From assembly GCF_001194135.2 (NCBI RefSeq), contig NC_068981.1:15904773-15952987 (forward strand): a DNA stretch of 48,215 nt, read 5' to 3'. Origin of the DNA: Octopus bimaculoides. Taxonomy: Eukaryota. The first letter of the stretch is position 1. Each line of letters starts with the position of its first letter. Positions 1 to 11,895 of the stretch are shown piece by piece. The notes below the pieces were generated by a model that had not been told where the DNA came from, did no database searches, and was given only the letters and a program-made list of their open reading frames with translations. Position numbers and translations under genes: made by a program.

Positions 1-1260
1 ATTTTGAATTAAGAAAACAAAACAAGTGATGTTATATTTAATTGAAATTTAATCATCCCTGTACTTTGTCTGATTATCTATGACTTCCTTCCATCTATTT
101 ACAAGCTTTTTAATCCCATTAATGTAAAACTCTTTTGGTTTCAAAGCGAAGAACTCTGAAATATCAGTTCCGAAATCCTGGCTTGCGAAAGTTATGTCCG
201 CCAAATGATTCTGTGAACTACAAAACAAATGGTAGTCTGAAGGTGGAAGGTCGGGAGAATAAGGTGGATGAGGAATTTTTCCCCAATCAAGCTCTTCAAA
301 CTGCTGTGATGTGATCTTTGTAGTGTGGTGTCGCGCAGTGTCCTGATGAAACATCACTCTTTTTCGATTCACTAAAGCGGTTCGTTTTTTCCTTCAAAGC
401 TTGGTTCAAACGCTCTAATTGCGGACAGTAGACTTCAGTATTGATTGTTGCATTAGGTGGTAACAATTCAAAGTGAATTACTCCTTTGCAATCCCACCAG
501 ATAAACAGAAGAAACTTTTTCCCATGAAGTTCCCTTCTCGGTTGTGGTTGAGCTTTTCCCCTTTTACCATGCTATTGTTTACGACGTTTAACATTTCAAT
601 AAAACATCCATTTTTCGTCACCAGTCACATGTCTATCCAAAAACGGTGTAATACGTTCGCGAGAATGGAGAGAAAAGCAGATGTCAACCCGGAATTTGTG
701 GTTCCTTTCGGACAATTCATGAGGAACTCATTTTCCAAGTTTAGGATGATTTCCAAGTTGTTGAAGATGACGATGAACAGTTGCATGGTTTGGACTAAGA
801 TTTCTTACCAATTCTTCAACTAATAATGCAGGATTTTCCTCAAGTAATGCCTCAAGGAGCTTATCATCAAACTCAACTGGACGTCCTGTTCGATCTTCAT
901 CTTCAAGGCTGAAATCTCCACTTCTAAATTTTGTAAACCATCGTCTGCAATTCTTTCATTCAATCATTCTTTCACATAAACTGAGTGTATGTTCCGAGTC
1001 GCTTCGGCTACAGAGTTTTCTTTTTTGTGCTCATAAAGCATTATGTGCCTCAAATGCTCTTTAGATACTAGCACGTTAGAAAGGGTTTTAATCATAGAAA
1101 TTTTAAATTCATTATTCTGTAAAATGATATTTAATTAGTTTAAATGTACACAAATACATAAAAATAATTTTTAATTCCATTAGACATTCTAAAACACCAT
1201 TAAATTTTATTCAATTTTAAAAACGGTAAAATCGGACAGAACATATGGGATGACCTGATT
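1..1260 (-). mobile_element. Near full-length degenerate mariner (Tc1/mariner, D,D34D type); the 3' TIR lies outside the window
   Basis: Minus-strand translation across stops and frameshifts gives KEHLRHIMLYE (N-terminus), FLDRHVTGDEKWMFY, IWWDCKGVIHFELLP, FHQDTA and HPPYSPDLPPSDYHLF (ORF 49..372). A mariner-like terminus TCAGGTCATCCCATATGTTCTGTCCG lies at 1258-1233. Confidence 0.92.
49..1075 (-). pseudogene. Mariner transposase pseudogene
   Basis: Transposase motifs as above, with in-frame stops (e.g. ...WMFY*NVKRRKQ*) and frameshifts. Confidence 0.88.
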
Positions 1261-1753
1261 TATATATGTATAAAATTATAATTTAGGGTATCTAAGAGAC
1301 ACCACTACGCTGAAAATAGCAGTCGAAGCTTGACTACATATGTATATATATATATATATATATACATANNNNNNNNNNNNNNNNNNNNNNNNNNNNNNNN
1401 NNNNNNNNNNNNNNNNNNNNNNNNNNNNNNNNNNNNNNNNNNNNNNNNNNNNNNNNNNNNNNNNNNNNNNNNNNNNNNNNNNNNNNNNNNNNNNNNNNNN
1501 NNNNNNNNNNNNNNNNNNNNNNNNNNNNNNNNNNNNNNNNNNNNNNNNNNNNNNNNNNNNNNNNNNNNNNNNNNNNNNNNNNNNNNNNNNNNNNNNNNNN
1601 NNNNNNNNNNNNNNNNNNNNNNNNNNNNNNNNNNNNNNNNNNATGAATATTTTTAAGGTAGATATTCGTAATTTACAACCAAATGACACAAGTATAGTCG
1701 TCGTCACCTTATTGACAATCTCTGTATATATATCCATATTTATATATATATCA

Positions 1754-1903
1754 AATTATAATTGAGAGTACCGAAGTGGAACCATCATGCTAGAAATAGC
1801 AGTCAAAATTTACTCTATAACCACATCATAATATGGTTTTAGAGTAAATTTTGACAGCTATTTATGACTATCCGGTGTCTCTGTGTTACCCTCAGTTATA
1901 ATT
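1754..1903. mobile_element. Palindromic MITE-like element (~150 bp); a half-copy is at 1274-1335
   Basis: Arms 1794-1823 and 1834-1863 are reverse complements (28/30) around a 10-nt loop. Outer arms 1754-1772 and 1885-1903 match 16/19. Confidence 0.7.
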
Positions 1904-3162
1904 GTACTTATATCATTATATATCTATAAGTATTATTGCGAATACGGTTTTTTGATATGATCGTGAAGTTAAATAATGGTCTTAACCTCTACACACACAA
2001 ACCCACACACACACACACACATACCCACACACACTTATATATATATATATATGTTCATAGTGGGGAAATAGTCAAGATGTTAAAATACATGACTACCTTC
2101 GATTGGTAAAATCTGTTTCAGAATTATTGTGTTGCCATCCTTCATTGTATCCTTTTCTTATTCTTATTCATATTCTTATTTTTCTTCAACCGCCAGAATC
2201 TATTCGCAAAAATGTGCGTGAGAATTTAAAAAGATCTTAATACATTACATTATTTGAACGTCTTTAATCATATCTGCTCCATCAGAGCTGGTAAGATAAA
2301 TAACACTAGCAAGTACAGCAACATCTTTAGACATCAGTGAAATATCAACAACGATCTCCCTTGTTACACATACTGGACAATCATTAACTGTGCAACAGAC
2401 CGAATCGATGATTTGGCTATCTCCCTGGTTGTTTTTCCTTTATTATTACAACACTGTACTCACAATGTATTAGTCTCAATCTCTCATTAGGTGGTATGCA
2501 AATATGTATGCGTGTATGTACTGCAGAAAAGATGGCTAAAACATTGATGAGATCAGCACTACGGCAGATGATTCTCCTGTGTGAGCAGGGAGATTGATTA
2601 CTGTTGATACGTTATTCGAGGGTTATGACGTTGTATTTGTTGGTGCTGTTAATTCTCGTCTAAGTTGTGATGAATCAGATATTTGAAGATATTCAAACCA
2701 CCATCACAACGTGTAAGCCTATAGTGTCAAGTGGGGGCTCATTAATTTTTCTAAGACAAAAGATTGTGATGTGAGTACGATTTGTCTGCTACATCTGTGT
2801 TGCCGATTAACTCCCCAGAAACCCCCTTCATTGGCTAAATTCTTATGTCTATATTCCTGTAATCAAGTATAGACTTTACTGATTCACTACGCTTATTTAT
2901 TTGTTTTATCTGCATAGACTTCCCAATGAATTGGTTTTCTATAAAGCAAAATATATAATTTAAATCTTCCAGCCTTACATGACATTCTGTAATAAAATAT
3001 TCTGGGGTTTATTGTTTTACATTTCATTAGAACGTAATATATGTGACTATGGTATAATAGTTTTATTGAACATATCCTTGTTTAAGTATTTTACAGGTGC
3101 ATGAAATGATCAGTGTGTGTGTGTTGGGGTGCATATATCCATATTTATATCTATCTATCTGT

Positions 3163-3465
3163 CTGTGGAGGCGCAATGGCCCAGTGGTTATGGGAGCGGA
3201 CTCGAAGTCATAGCATTGCGGTTTTGATTCCCAGACCGGGCAATGTGAGTGTTTATTGAGCGAAAACACCTAAAGCACCACGAGGCTCCGGCAGGGGATG
3301 GTGGCGAACCCTGCTGTACTCTTTTACCACAACATTCTCTCACTCTTACTTCCTGTTTCTGTTGTGCCTGTAATTCAAATGGTCAGCTTTGTCACACTGT
3401 GTCACGCTGAATATCCCCGAGAACTACGTTAAGGGTACACGTGTCTGTGGAGTGCTCAGCCACTT
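3163..3465 (+). mobile_element. tRNA-derived SINE (family C), truncated by a gap
   Basis: A-box TGGCCCAGTGG and B-box-like GGTTTTGATTCC. The 3' region (GAGAACTACGTTAAGGGTACACGTGTCTGTGGAGTGCTCAGCCACTT) is shared with the 25297-25619 copy. Confidence 0.85.
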
Positions 3466-3718
3466 NNNNNNNNNNNNNNNNNNNNNNNNNNNNNNNNNNN
3501 NNNNNNNNNNNNNNNNNNNNNNNNNNNNNNNNNNNNNNNNNNNNNNNNNNNNNNNNNNNNNNNNNNNNNNNNNNNNNNNNNNNNNNNNNNNNNNNNNNNN
3601 NNNNNNNNNNNNNNNNNNNNNNNNNNNNNNNNNNNNNNNNNNNNNNNNNNNNTATATATATATATATTCGTGTGTGGTGGCATATATAGATAAATATATC
3701 TAAATATAGGCATATATA

Positions 3719-3958
3719 CAAAAATCGCTTGCCATATTTCGGTTCACCTGTCGCGGTTCACCTATCGCGGTTAATTATTCAAGCTTACGTCGATTCCTCC
3801 GTGCTGTTTTTTTGCAATCATAAGAAAATAAATATATAAAAGTTATGAAAATTATATTAAAAAATGTATACAATACAGTACTGTTTTTACTTCGCGAATT
3901 TTCACCTCTCTCAAGGGGGTTTAGGGATTTAACACTCGTAATAGTTGAGGGATTACTG
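3719..3958. mobile_element. Pogo/Tigger-like MITE (~240 bp)
   Basis: The right end reads CAGTAATCCCTCAACTATT on the - strand, followed by TA. The left end CAAAAATCGCTTGCCATATTTCGGTTCACC is a degenerate match preceded by TA. GCGGTTCACCT is repeated internally. Confidence 0.55.
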
Positions 3959-4015
3959 TATATACATAATACATACATACCTTGACATACATACATACAT
4001 ACATACATACATACA

Positions 4016-4074
<59 letters not shown>

Positions 4075-4444
4075 GCATATACTTATATATATGCATAATA
4101 TAAATATATTCATACAAGAGTTAAAGAATGGAGGTTCCGCTCGCTATGAAATATAAAAAAAACTATTTTTCAATTTATTGTACATCAATGAGAAAAATAA
4201 TCCACAACCTTCCTTCTCAATAGACCACAATTGTCCCTGAAAATTTGTTTATATATACTACGGATTGCTTGAAGCAAAACTTCTTCCCACACCTTGAGCC
4301 TTGGATCGTATATTTATTTATATAAAAATATATTTATTTATGCCCATGAAACGAAAGGAAAGGAAATGAAATCCGGTCTCTAAAAACTTTAAAGACAAAC
4401 CATAAAGCCTGTTATAGGTTTGCAAAGCCTTCTGTTTCAGTACA

Positions 4445-5091
4445 CCTCTTCCATTGTGATTACTGGTGCTTCGTCTCAGGGTCGTACTCGTAGGCACAAC
4501 TCTCGTTACTGGTGATGATCTTTGAAACGAATGATGGACACCTTGACAGATGGAGACCTTGTCAGACTTCGATGTGGAAAATTTGACAGACATGCCACAT
4601 GATTTTAGGAGTGACTGCACGGAGCCATGTGACAAACCAGCAATATCAGCAGTGTCGTTGATAATCCTACGACGTTCCTCATGCACAAGGTGATGTCATC
4701 TCTCCAAATTTCCCGGGATGACGCTTGTGGCAGGTCTTATAGATTGCTCACCGTCTTCCAGTGATGTTCTTCCGCTTTGAAATACCCGTGCCTCGTCCTC
4801 TTAAGCTTTTCGTGGTATACTCAATGTTTCTGTGCCAGACTTCCTATGTTTAACGCAAAATTTCACGCTGGCTCTTCGTTCCAACTTTATTTCAATACAA
4901 AAAATTACAGACTACAGTATAAGCGTGATCAAAGAAACATAAATTTCATAACATCCGAAGTAAACGCAGCCATATCACACGGCACATTGCCTCATGAAAG
5001 CCATTGCTAGCCCTCACTGCACACGCAATTGTGTGCTGCCATCTGTTAGCAGGCTAGATACCTAGTCCGGGAAATTTTTGACACCACCTCA
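4445..5091 (-). mobile_element. 5' half of a degenerate mariner with its left TIR
   Basis: TIR TA-TGAGGTGGTGTCAAAAATTTCCCGG at 5093-5067. Translation gives HEERRRIINDTADIAGLSHGSVQSLL and, frameshifted, KIITSNESCAYEYDPETKHQ*SQWK (cf. mariner IITGDESWVYGYDPETKQQS). Confidence 0.88.
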
Positions 5092-5094
5092 TAG

Positions 5095-5448
5095 TTCACG
5101 ATTTTGAAAAGGATTTTCATAAAGTTGATCATGTGATGATATGTCACAAGCTACTGAGACATTGTCGGGGTACTAAGGAGAGTTTACATGACTACTTGAA
5201 GGACAGAAGCCAGACTGGGGCAATTAATGAGGAACTTTCCAAGGAGGCATATATTGCGAGTGGAACTTGTGGCCGCTGCTGGTTACAGTAGCTCCCACGA
5301 ACATATCATCAGTTACACAAACAGCCACACTTACTAGCTGTGCTGATGACACAAAAGTAGTGCAAGTAGACAAATAATTTATGGATGCTACTCTTTTACA
5401 GAAAGTGTTATAGACATGTCGTATATAACTAAGCCGAAGAAAATAACA
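5095..5448 (+). mobile_element. LINE reverse transcriptase fragment (CR1 group)
   Basis: DFEKDFHKVDHVMICHKL (cf. DFAKAFDKVDH), LHDYLKDRSQ, and [14 protein letters not shown] (YADD box). Confidence 0.85.
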
Positions 5449-5545
5449 GCGTGGCACCTTCGGCAAGTGTCTTCTGCTATGGCTTCGAGCCGACCAAAGC
5501 CTTGTGAGTGGATTTGGTAGACGGAAACTGAAAAAAATCCCGTCG
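5449..5545 (+). mobile_element. SINE family A, internal fragment
   Basis: GGCACCTTCGGCAAGTGTCTTC...GACCAAAGCCTTGTGAGTGGATTTGGTAGACGGAAACTGAA matches the 8160 and 10383 copies; (TA)n follows. Confidence 0.85.
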
Positions 5546-5550
5546 TTATA

Positions 5551-5620
<70 letters not shown>

Positions 5621-7399
5621 CATATATATATAGATATGCGCACATAGATAAATACATATGTGTGTGTTCGTACGTGCGTATTTATATATTACCTTACTGT
5701 AATATCTAAATGTGCACGTACATATATTTTTCTGCGCATATATTTTCTGAACATTTCACAAATTTAATGTAAGCAAATGTTGTCTACCGAAATCTAGGCA
5801 TGCATTACTATATTTTCTGGATGTGTAGCCGTTTATCTATAATGCCGTTACACTCTTTCTCTGTTGGAGCAGAATGGAAATAAAAAGCCATTGATACAAA
5901 AATATTATAGTGAACATATTAATTTTGTTTATAAATAGAAAGAAAACATTTCACTACATCTTATACTCATTAAAAGAAATAAATATTGACTACATGATTT
6001 TTCAGAGCTTTCAAGTCAGAGAAAATAAAATGAATAACTACTAAATTTAGCTTTTCTTTTAATAACAACACCATCGATAAAAACCAATATTGCAGCAGAC
6101 AAAACTGGAGCAAAAGTCTGTATTACCGGCACCAAAATGTTGCAAAAATAATGGTTATTTTCACAGAATCTATCATGCATTACATTACTTCTCATAGTAG
6201 ATACGACAAAAGGTCGAATCCGACATCAAGTCATTAATGAAAGCAAAGAGTGGCTTTCCCTTTAATTAAATATTCGATTGCTGCTTTAGAGTAGATGATT
6301 GTAATACAATGATAAGGATTTTACATAAAGAATATAATGGATAATGTATATACATCTGTAATATATTCCTCCCATACCGAAGTTAATAAAACTGCGAGGG
6401 AGATAAATATCCATCGTATTTCCATTAATACATTTTCCAGGACAGATTTATCTTCGTTTTATCTTCGCCATTTCTGCCGTCTCTTTTCACGATATTTTTT
6501 TAACCATTCTCTTTTGTTATATCGATATGGTCATTCATTCATAAAGAACCAACTGTAGCATAGTGGCAACATAATTGGTTCTATAATGTTCACCTGCTAA
6601 TATGACCTATTGACTTCTTAATTACATATTACTATGACTTGTTAATTCCTTAATTATATAATTTTCCAGCTGTTTAAATTTACAAGCATTAATATTATCA
6701 ATTAGGAAGACAGAGACCTCACACGTTGTGTGTTTTAGTTATCACCATCATCGTCACAGTTGTTGTTATTGTTGGAATTTTTTCTTGTTAGTATCTTTTG
6801 ATGTTTTTCATTTTTTGATATGATTTTTCTGATGGTTTTTGTTTCTTTTGTAGGTGGTGCTTTCATATAGGAACAGTTCAGGTCTTTCCAAATAAAGGTT
6901 TCAATAAGTTTCAGAATTGAATATTCCTTTTAGGTTGCAGAGATATATATATAAGACTACATTACCGTATGCAGCTTTACATCCCTAAGCCTAAATATTT
7001 TCATGTGAGGAAGAATTCATGGCTGTTTCTAGCAGATTTACCCAGCCTGTAACGTTATAGAGCATAACACAGGTGACACGTTACGAACACCTAATCTTTC
7101 GTTTGGCGTCCAGCATTCTATTCAATGTATCGGCTGTTCATTATCATCAATGAATAGCTGCTGCTGATGTTGCTGCTACTGCTGCTTCCTACTACTGAAT
7201 TTATTTTCAGTTTAACAATTATGAATAGCAAAATACACTACGCGAGTCTGTTTTCATAAACGAGACAATGGTAACACTAAATACAAAATAAACGTAGTAA
7301 ATCATGAAATTACACCTGCACTGCCACCACCCACGCACCACATACCCTATGTGGGCGTGTGGGCGTCTATGTGGGTGGGGAAAGACATTTAGGTATAGA

Positions 7400-7657
7400 G
7401 GATAGTATTACAGCAGGATAAACAGAAATCCATAAAGATAAATGCATGCAATAATGAACAATTCAGTGCACAACCATACATATCCATGCACACGCATAGA
7501 CACCCAAACATACACGCATAAAAGAAACCACAACCACACACACCTTCGCGGGCACACACAAAATAATGCGCACGCATTCACACACACACACACACACACG
7601 TTCTTACCTATTCAAAGAAAAGCAACCGGCTACACCACACACAAATACAAACACACA

Positions 7658-7692
<35 letters not shown>

Positions 7693-7940
7693 AAGAATGC
7701 ACACACGCAAACACACACACGGATGCTTAGCTATTCATAAAACAACCGATTACACCACACTGCGCACGCGCATATGCTCATATCGCACAACAGAACGTAC
7801 ACACAAATATAAGTAAATACACACAATCGATATACATCCACACATAAATGCATACATACAAACATACACACATGCATACACACATACATACACACATACA
7901 TACACACATACATACACACATACGTACATGCAGACACCAA
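7400..7940. repeat. Compound CA/CATA-rich low-complexity region with an internal ~45-bp duplication (about 7595-7645 vs 7715-7762)
   Basis: Direct inspection. Confidence 0.8.
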
Positions 7941-8159
7941 TAAGCATAAGACTAGTTTTCAGACGGGCTGAATGCTGACTTTGAAGAATGAGAACGTAAT
8001 TGATAAAACCAAAAACAACGACGAAACGACTCTGACAGAGAAAACTAACAATCGGTTAATTGTTCAACCAGCTCATTAAACAACCCATTGATGAGTTTGT
8101 GAAATAAAGACATGGTACCGAAAAAGTAAGTCTGTTAATTTTAGTTTTTATTGGCATAG

Positions 8160-8720
8160 ACGCAGAAGTGGCTGTGTGGTAAGTAGCTTGCTTACCAACC
8201 ACATGGTTCCGGTTTCAGTCCTACTGCATGGCACCATGGGCAAGTGTCTTCTACTACAGCCTCGGGCCGACCAAAGACTTGTGAGTGGATTTGGTAGACG
8301 GAAACTGAAAGAATCCCGTCGTATATATATATATATATATATATATATNNNNNNNNNNNNNNNNNNNNNNNNNNNNNNNNNNNNNNNNNNNNNNNNNNNN
8401 NNNNNNNNNNNNNNNNNNNNNNNNNNNNNNNNNNNNNNNNNNNNNNNNNNNNNNNNNNNNNNNNNNNNATATATATGTGTGCGTGTGTGTGTGTGTATGT
8501 GTGTTTGTGTGTCTGTGTTTGTCCCCCACCGTCGCTTGACAACTGATGCTGGTGTGTTTACGTTCCCGTAACCTAGCGGTTCGGCAAAAGAGACCGATAG
8601 AATAAGTACTAGGCTTACAAATAATAAGTCCTGGGGTCGATTTGCTCGACTAAAAGCGGTGCTGCAGCATGGCCACAGTCAAATGACTGAAACAAATAAA
8701 AGAGTAAAAGAGTAAAAGAG
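8160..8720 (+). mobile_element. SINE family A, full length, with internal (TA)n/(TG)n and a gap
   Basis: tRNA-like head GCAGAAGTGGCTGTGTGGTAAG...GGTTCCGGTTTCAGTCC. The 3' part ends CAGTCAAATGACTGAAACAAATAAAAGAGTAAAAGAG. Colinear with 10383-10775. Confidence 0.9.
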
Positions 8721-9458
8721 TATAAGGACTCTTCCTAGACCCAAGAAATGAGACATTATTCAATATAATTTTAGATCTGGACCGTTTTGACTGGAACGTC
8801 CTAAACAACATTTCCCTTAGATCCACTTTTTCAGAGAATCCTTGGCTGAATAGCGAAATGACTCTCTTTAATTAACTCCCGAATTTTAGCTTAGGTCACA
8901 TATTAGTCTGCATTGAAATCAGTCCTCATGTACTTTTGCATTTATTGTAATATATACCCGCTCTCTCTCTCCCTCACCCTCTCTATCTATCTATATTTAT
9001 CTCTTCCCTCAATGGGCCCACGTGTTTGTATGTGTATTTGTGTTTATTTCCAAAGGACTTCTATTTCCCGTCACATGATTTTTCAATCGAAAAATCTCGC
9101 CGATTGTACAGAAGTAAATTTATGAACAGCCAGCATTCCTTGCTTACGCTTAGAAAGATGAAAATAATTAAAAATACGACGTACACTTTAAATATGCTTT
9201 CATATATTAGCTATTTAATACAAGTATGTGTCGATTCAACTCATAGATAAAGACTTAGCGGCTATGGAATTCTTTCATCTGGAAAGCATTTTAATAAAAT
9301 GTAACAGAAGCCTCGTTCATCAGCATTTATAATTGCCACCATAGAACACTATAGATGATATAAAGATTACTCACACACATCTATAAACATACAGATAATA
9401 GCTCGACAGGGCCAGGTTGACACGTAAATTATTCTGTTATGCATTGGAACTAAATTCA

Positions 9459-9548
9459 GTAGTAGTAGTAGTAGTAGTAGTAAAAAAAAGAGGAAAAGAA
9501 AAACGAAGACAGAGAAGAAGAGGAGGGGGAGAAGGATGGAGGAAAAGA

Positions 9549-9604
<56 letters not shown>

Positions 9605-10016
9605 GGAGGAGGAGGAGGAGGAGGAGGGCGAANNNNNNNNNNNNNNNNNNNNNNNNNNNNNNNNNNNNNNNNNNNNNNNNNNNNNNNNNNNNNNNNNNNN
9701 NNNNNNNNNNNNNNNNNNNNNNNNNNNNNNNNNNNNNNNNNNNNNNNNNNNNNNNNNNNNNNNNNNNNNNNNNNNNNNNNNNNNNNNNNNNNNNNNNNNN
9801 NNNNNNNNNNNNNNNNNNNNNNNNNNNNNNNNNNNNNNNNNNNNNNNNNNNNNNNNNNNNNNNNNNNNNNNNNNNNNNNNNNNNNNNNNNNNNNNNNNNN
9901 NNNNNNNNNTTGTTTTTGGGGCAAATATACCCAGATTGCATTGTTTTTTTGTATAATGTGATTTCAGGAAAATTTCGCAGTTATTAATATATGCTGTTGA
10001 TCTTGGTGATGGTGAC

Positions 10017-10092
<76 letters not shown>

Positions 10093-10104
10093 ATGGTGGT
10101 GGCA
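9459..10104. repeat. Compound trinucleotide microsatellites (AGT)n, (AAT)n, (GGA)n, (GGT)n spanning a gap
   Basis: Direct inspection. Confidence 0.95.
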
Positions 10105-10382
10105 TAATCTTACTGACTTCATTTCACAAATGGCCTCATATAGCCTGCTTTTTCTGCTCTAGAGGATTTTCTAGAATTTATTTCTGGAAACCCCGAGCAG
10201 GATTTGGCTGCTATTTCTAGCAATTACGGTCATCACCTAGATGCTACTTTGTGGCTTCTTGATATTTTACTATTTTTTAATTTGTATGAAAGAAAAAAAA
10301 TACTAAGTTAAGTAAAAGACTGACGATATTGATACTTAAAGCATCAGACTACGTGGTTTATTATGTTGTATATACATTGATA

Positions 10383-10775
10383 GGCGCAGGAGTGGCTGTG
10401 TGGTAAGTAGCTTGCCTACCAACCACATGGTTCCGGGTTCATTCTCACTGCGTGGCACCTTCGGCAAGTGTCTTCTACTATAGCCCCGGACCGACCAAAG
10501 CCTTGTGAGTGGATTTGGTAGACGGAAACTTAAAGAATGTATATATATATATATATGTGTGTGTGTGCGTGTGTGTATTTGTGTCTGCATTTGTCCGCCC
10601 AACATCGCTTGACATCCGATGGTGGAGTGTTTACGTCCCCATAACTTAGCGGTTCGGCAAAAGAACCGATAGAATAAGTACTAGGCTTACAAAGAATAAT
10701 TCTTGGGGTCGATTTGCTCGACTAAAGGCGATGCTCCAGCATGGCCGCAGTCAAATGACTGAAACAAGTAAAAGA
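10383..10775 (+). mobile_element. SINE family A, full length
   Basis: Same head, internal microsatellite and tail as 8160-8720. Confidence 0.9.
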
Positions 10776-11001
10776 ATTGATACTCGCAATTTTATATTCT
10801 TATAGAGTCTATTTTGCTTTCGAAATCTTCGGAGCCAATAATGAAATTCTTGATACATAAAATATCATCTGGTAACCTCCAGGGATTGGGCAAAAAACTA
10901 CGTAGATCTATTCCGAAGTAAGTTGAGCATATTGGGGTTACAGAAAAGATGAATTGTCGGTAGAGATATTTAGATATTTTTAGTTTCCTTTCAATAACTT
11001 A

Positions 11002-11895
11002 CGTGGACTGATCAATAAGTATCAGGACTGTTGCTATAGTGACGAATCCGAAGCAGGCAGAATGAAGCCGCTGGGCACAGACTGACCTTGAACTTTTCTG
11101 TGCATGCATACTAAGTTTTAACGTTCTACCTCACTTCCACTGTTCACAGCAGTGCTTGGAGGGAAGATGTGTATAGTGTGATCGTCGCATTGATCATGAC
11201 GGGGAAAGCTGACCAGAGAATCTGCATCGAATTTTGCCAAAAGCTTAGTGATAACTGCTCGGAGGCCTACGCAAAGTTTTCAAAGATCTTTCATCGTACT
11301 CGACACAATCAAGGAGATCTTGTGCAACTGAAAACCGTGTGTCTTTTTGCTCAGCTGAAAGCAGTTTTTGTACAAACTTGGCGGACACGCGTCTCATACC
11401 CAAATCTTCAGTGACAATGAACTGAACTGAACCGTAACTAATTTGCACATCCTCTGAAAACTCACGGATGGTGATTCAACGATTTCCCCTCATAGCTGCA
11501 CCCACATCTGCAATGTTTTTCTCAGTTCTGATGGTTGCAGGTCTCCCAGAACGTTCGTCAATATCGACATATTTTCGGCCATCTTGGAAATGTCTGAAAC
11601 ACTCGTACACTTATGTGCGGCTCATACACTTCTCTCCATACAATTTCTGCAACTTTGTGTATGACTCTGAGCATGAATCGCCATGACATCTTTCTATGTC
11701 ATGGTCAATGCGACGATCACACACTACACACCTTCCTTCCAATCATTGCTGTAAACAGCGGAAGAAAGCTAGTACGTTAAATACTAGTGCGCCTCCACAG
11801 CAGAGTTGAAGGTCAAACATTGCCAATCGTCCCCACTCTGTGAGCTTTAGCTTCGTTACTATAGCAACAATCTGATACTTATTGATGAGACCACG
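11002..11895. mobile_element. Non-autonomous mariner derivative made of two inverted 5' halves
   Basis: TIRs at 11002-11046 and 11852-11895. The + arm encodes MTGKADQRICIEFCQKLSDNCSEAYAKF from 11196. The - arm encodes DERSGRP...ISYGSVQFIVTEDLGMRRVSAKFVQKLLS. The arms join at about 11275. Confidence 0.9.

Noticed and set aside
2095-2150. Minus-strand GGATACAATGAAGGATGG...AATTCTGAAAC resembling a hammerhead
   Set aside because: The CUGANGA core is absent, and stems I and III cannot be assigned.
3163-3245. tRNA-like sequences here and at 8160, 10383 and 25297
   Set aside because: These are SINE heads: A/B boxes without a full cloverleaf, followed by a SINE body.
6535-6593. Possible terminal exon GEHYRTNYVATMLQLVLYE* on the - strand
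   Set aside because: There is no polypyrimidine tract. Linking it to 12865-12954 would be speculation.
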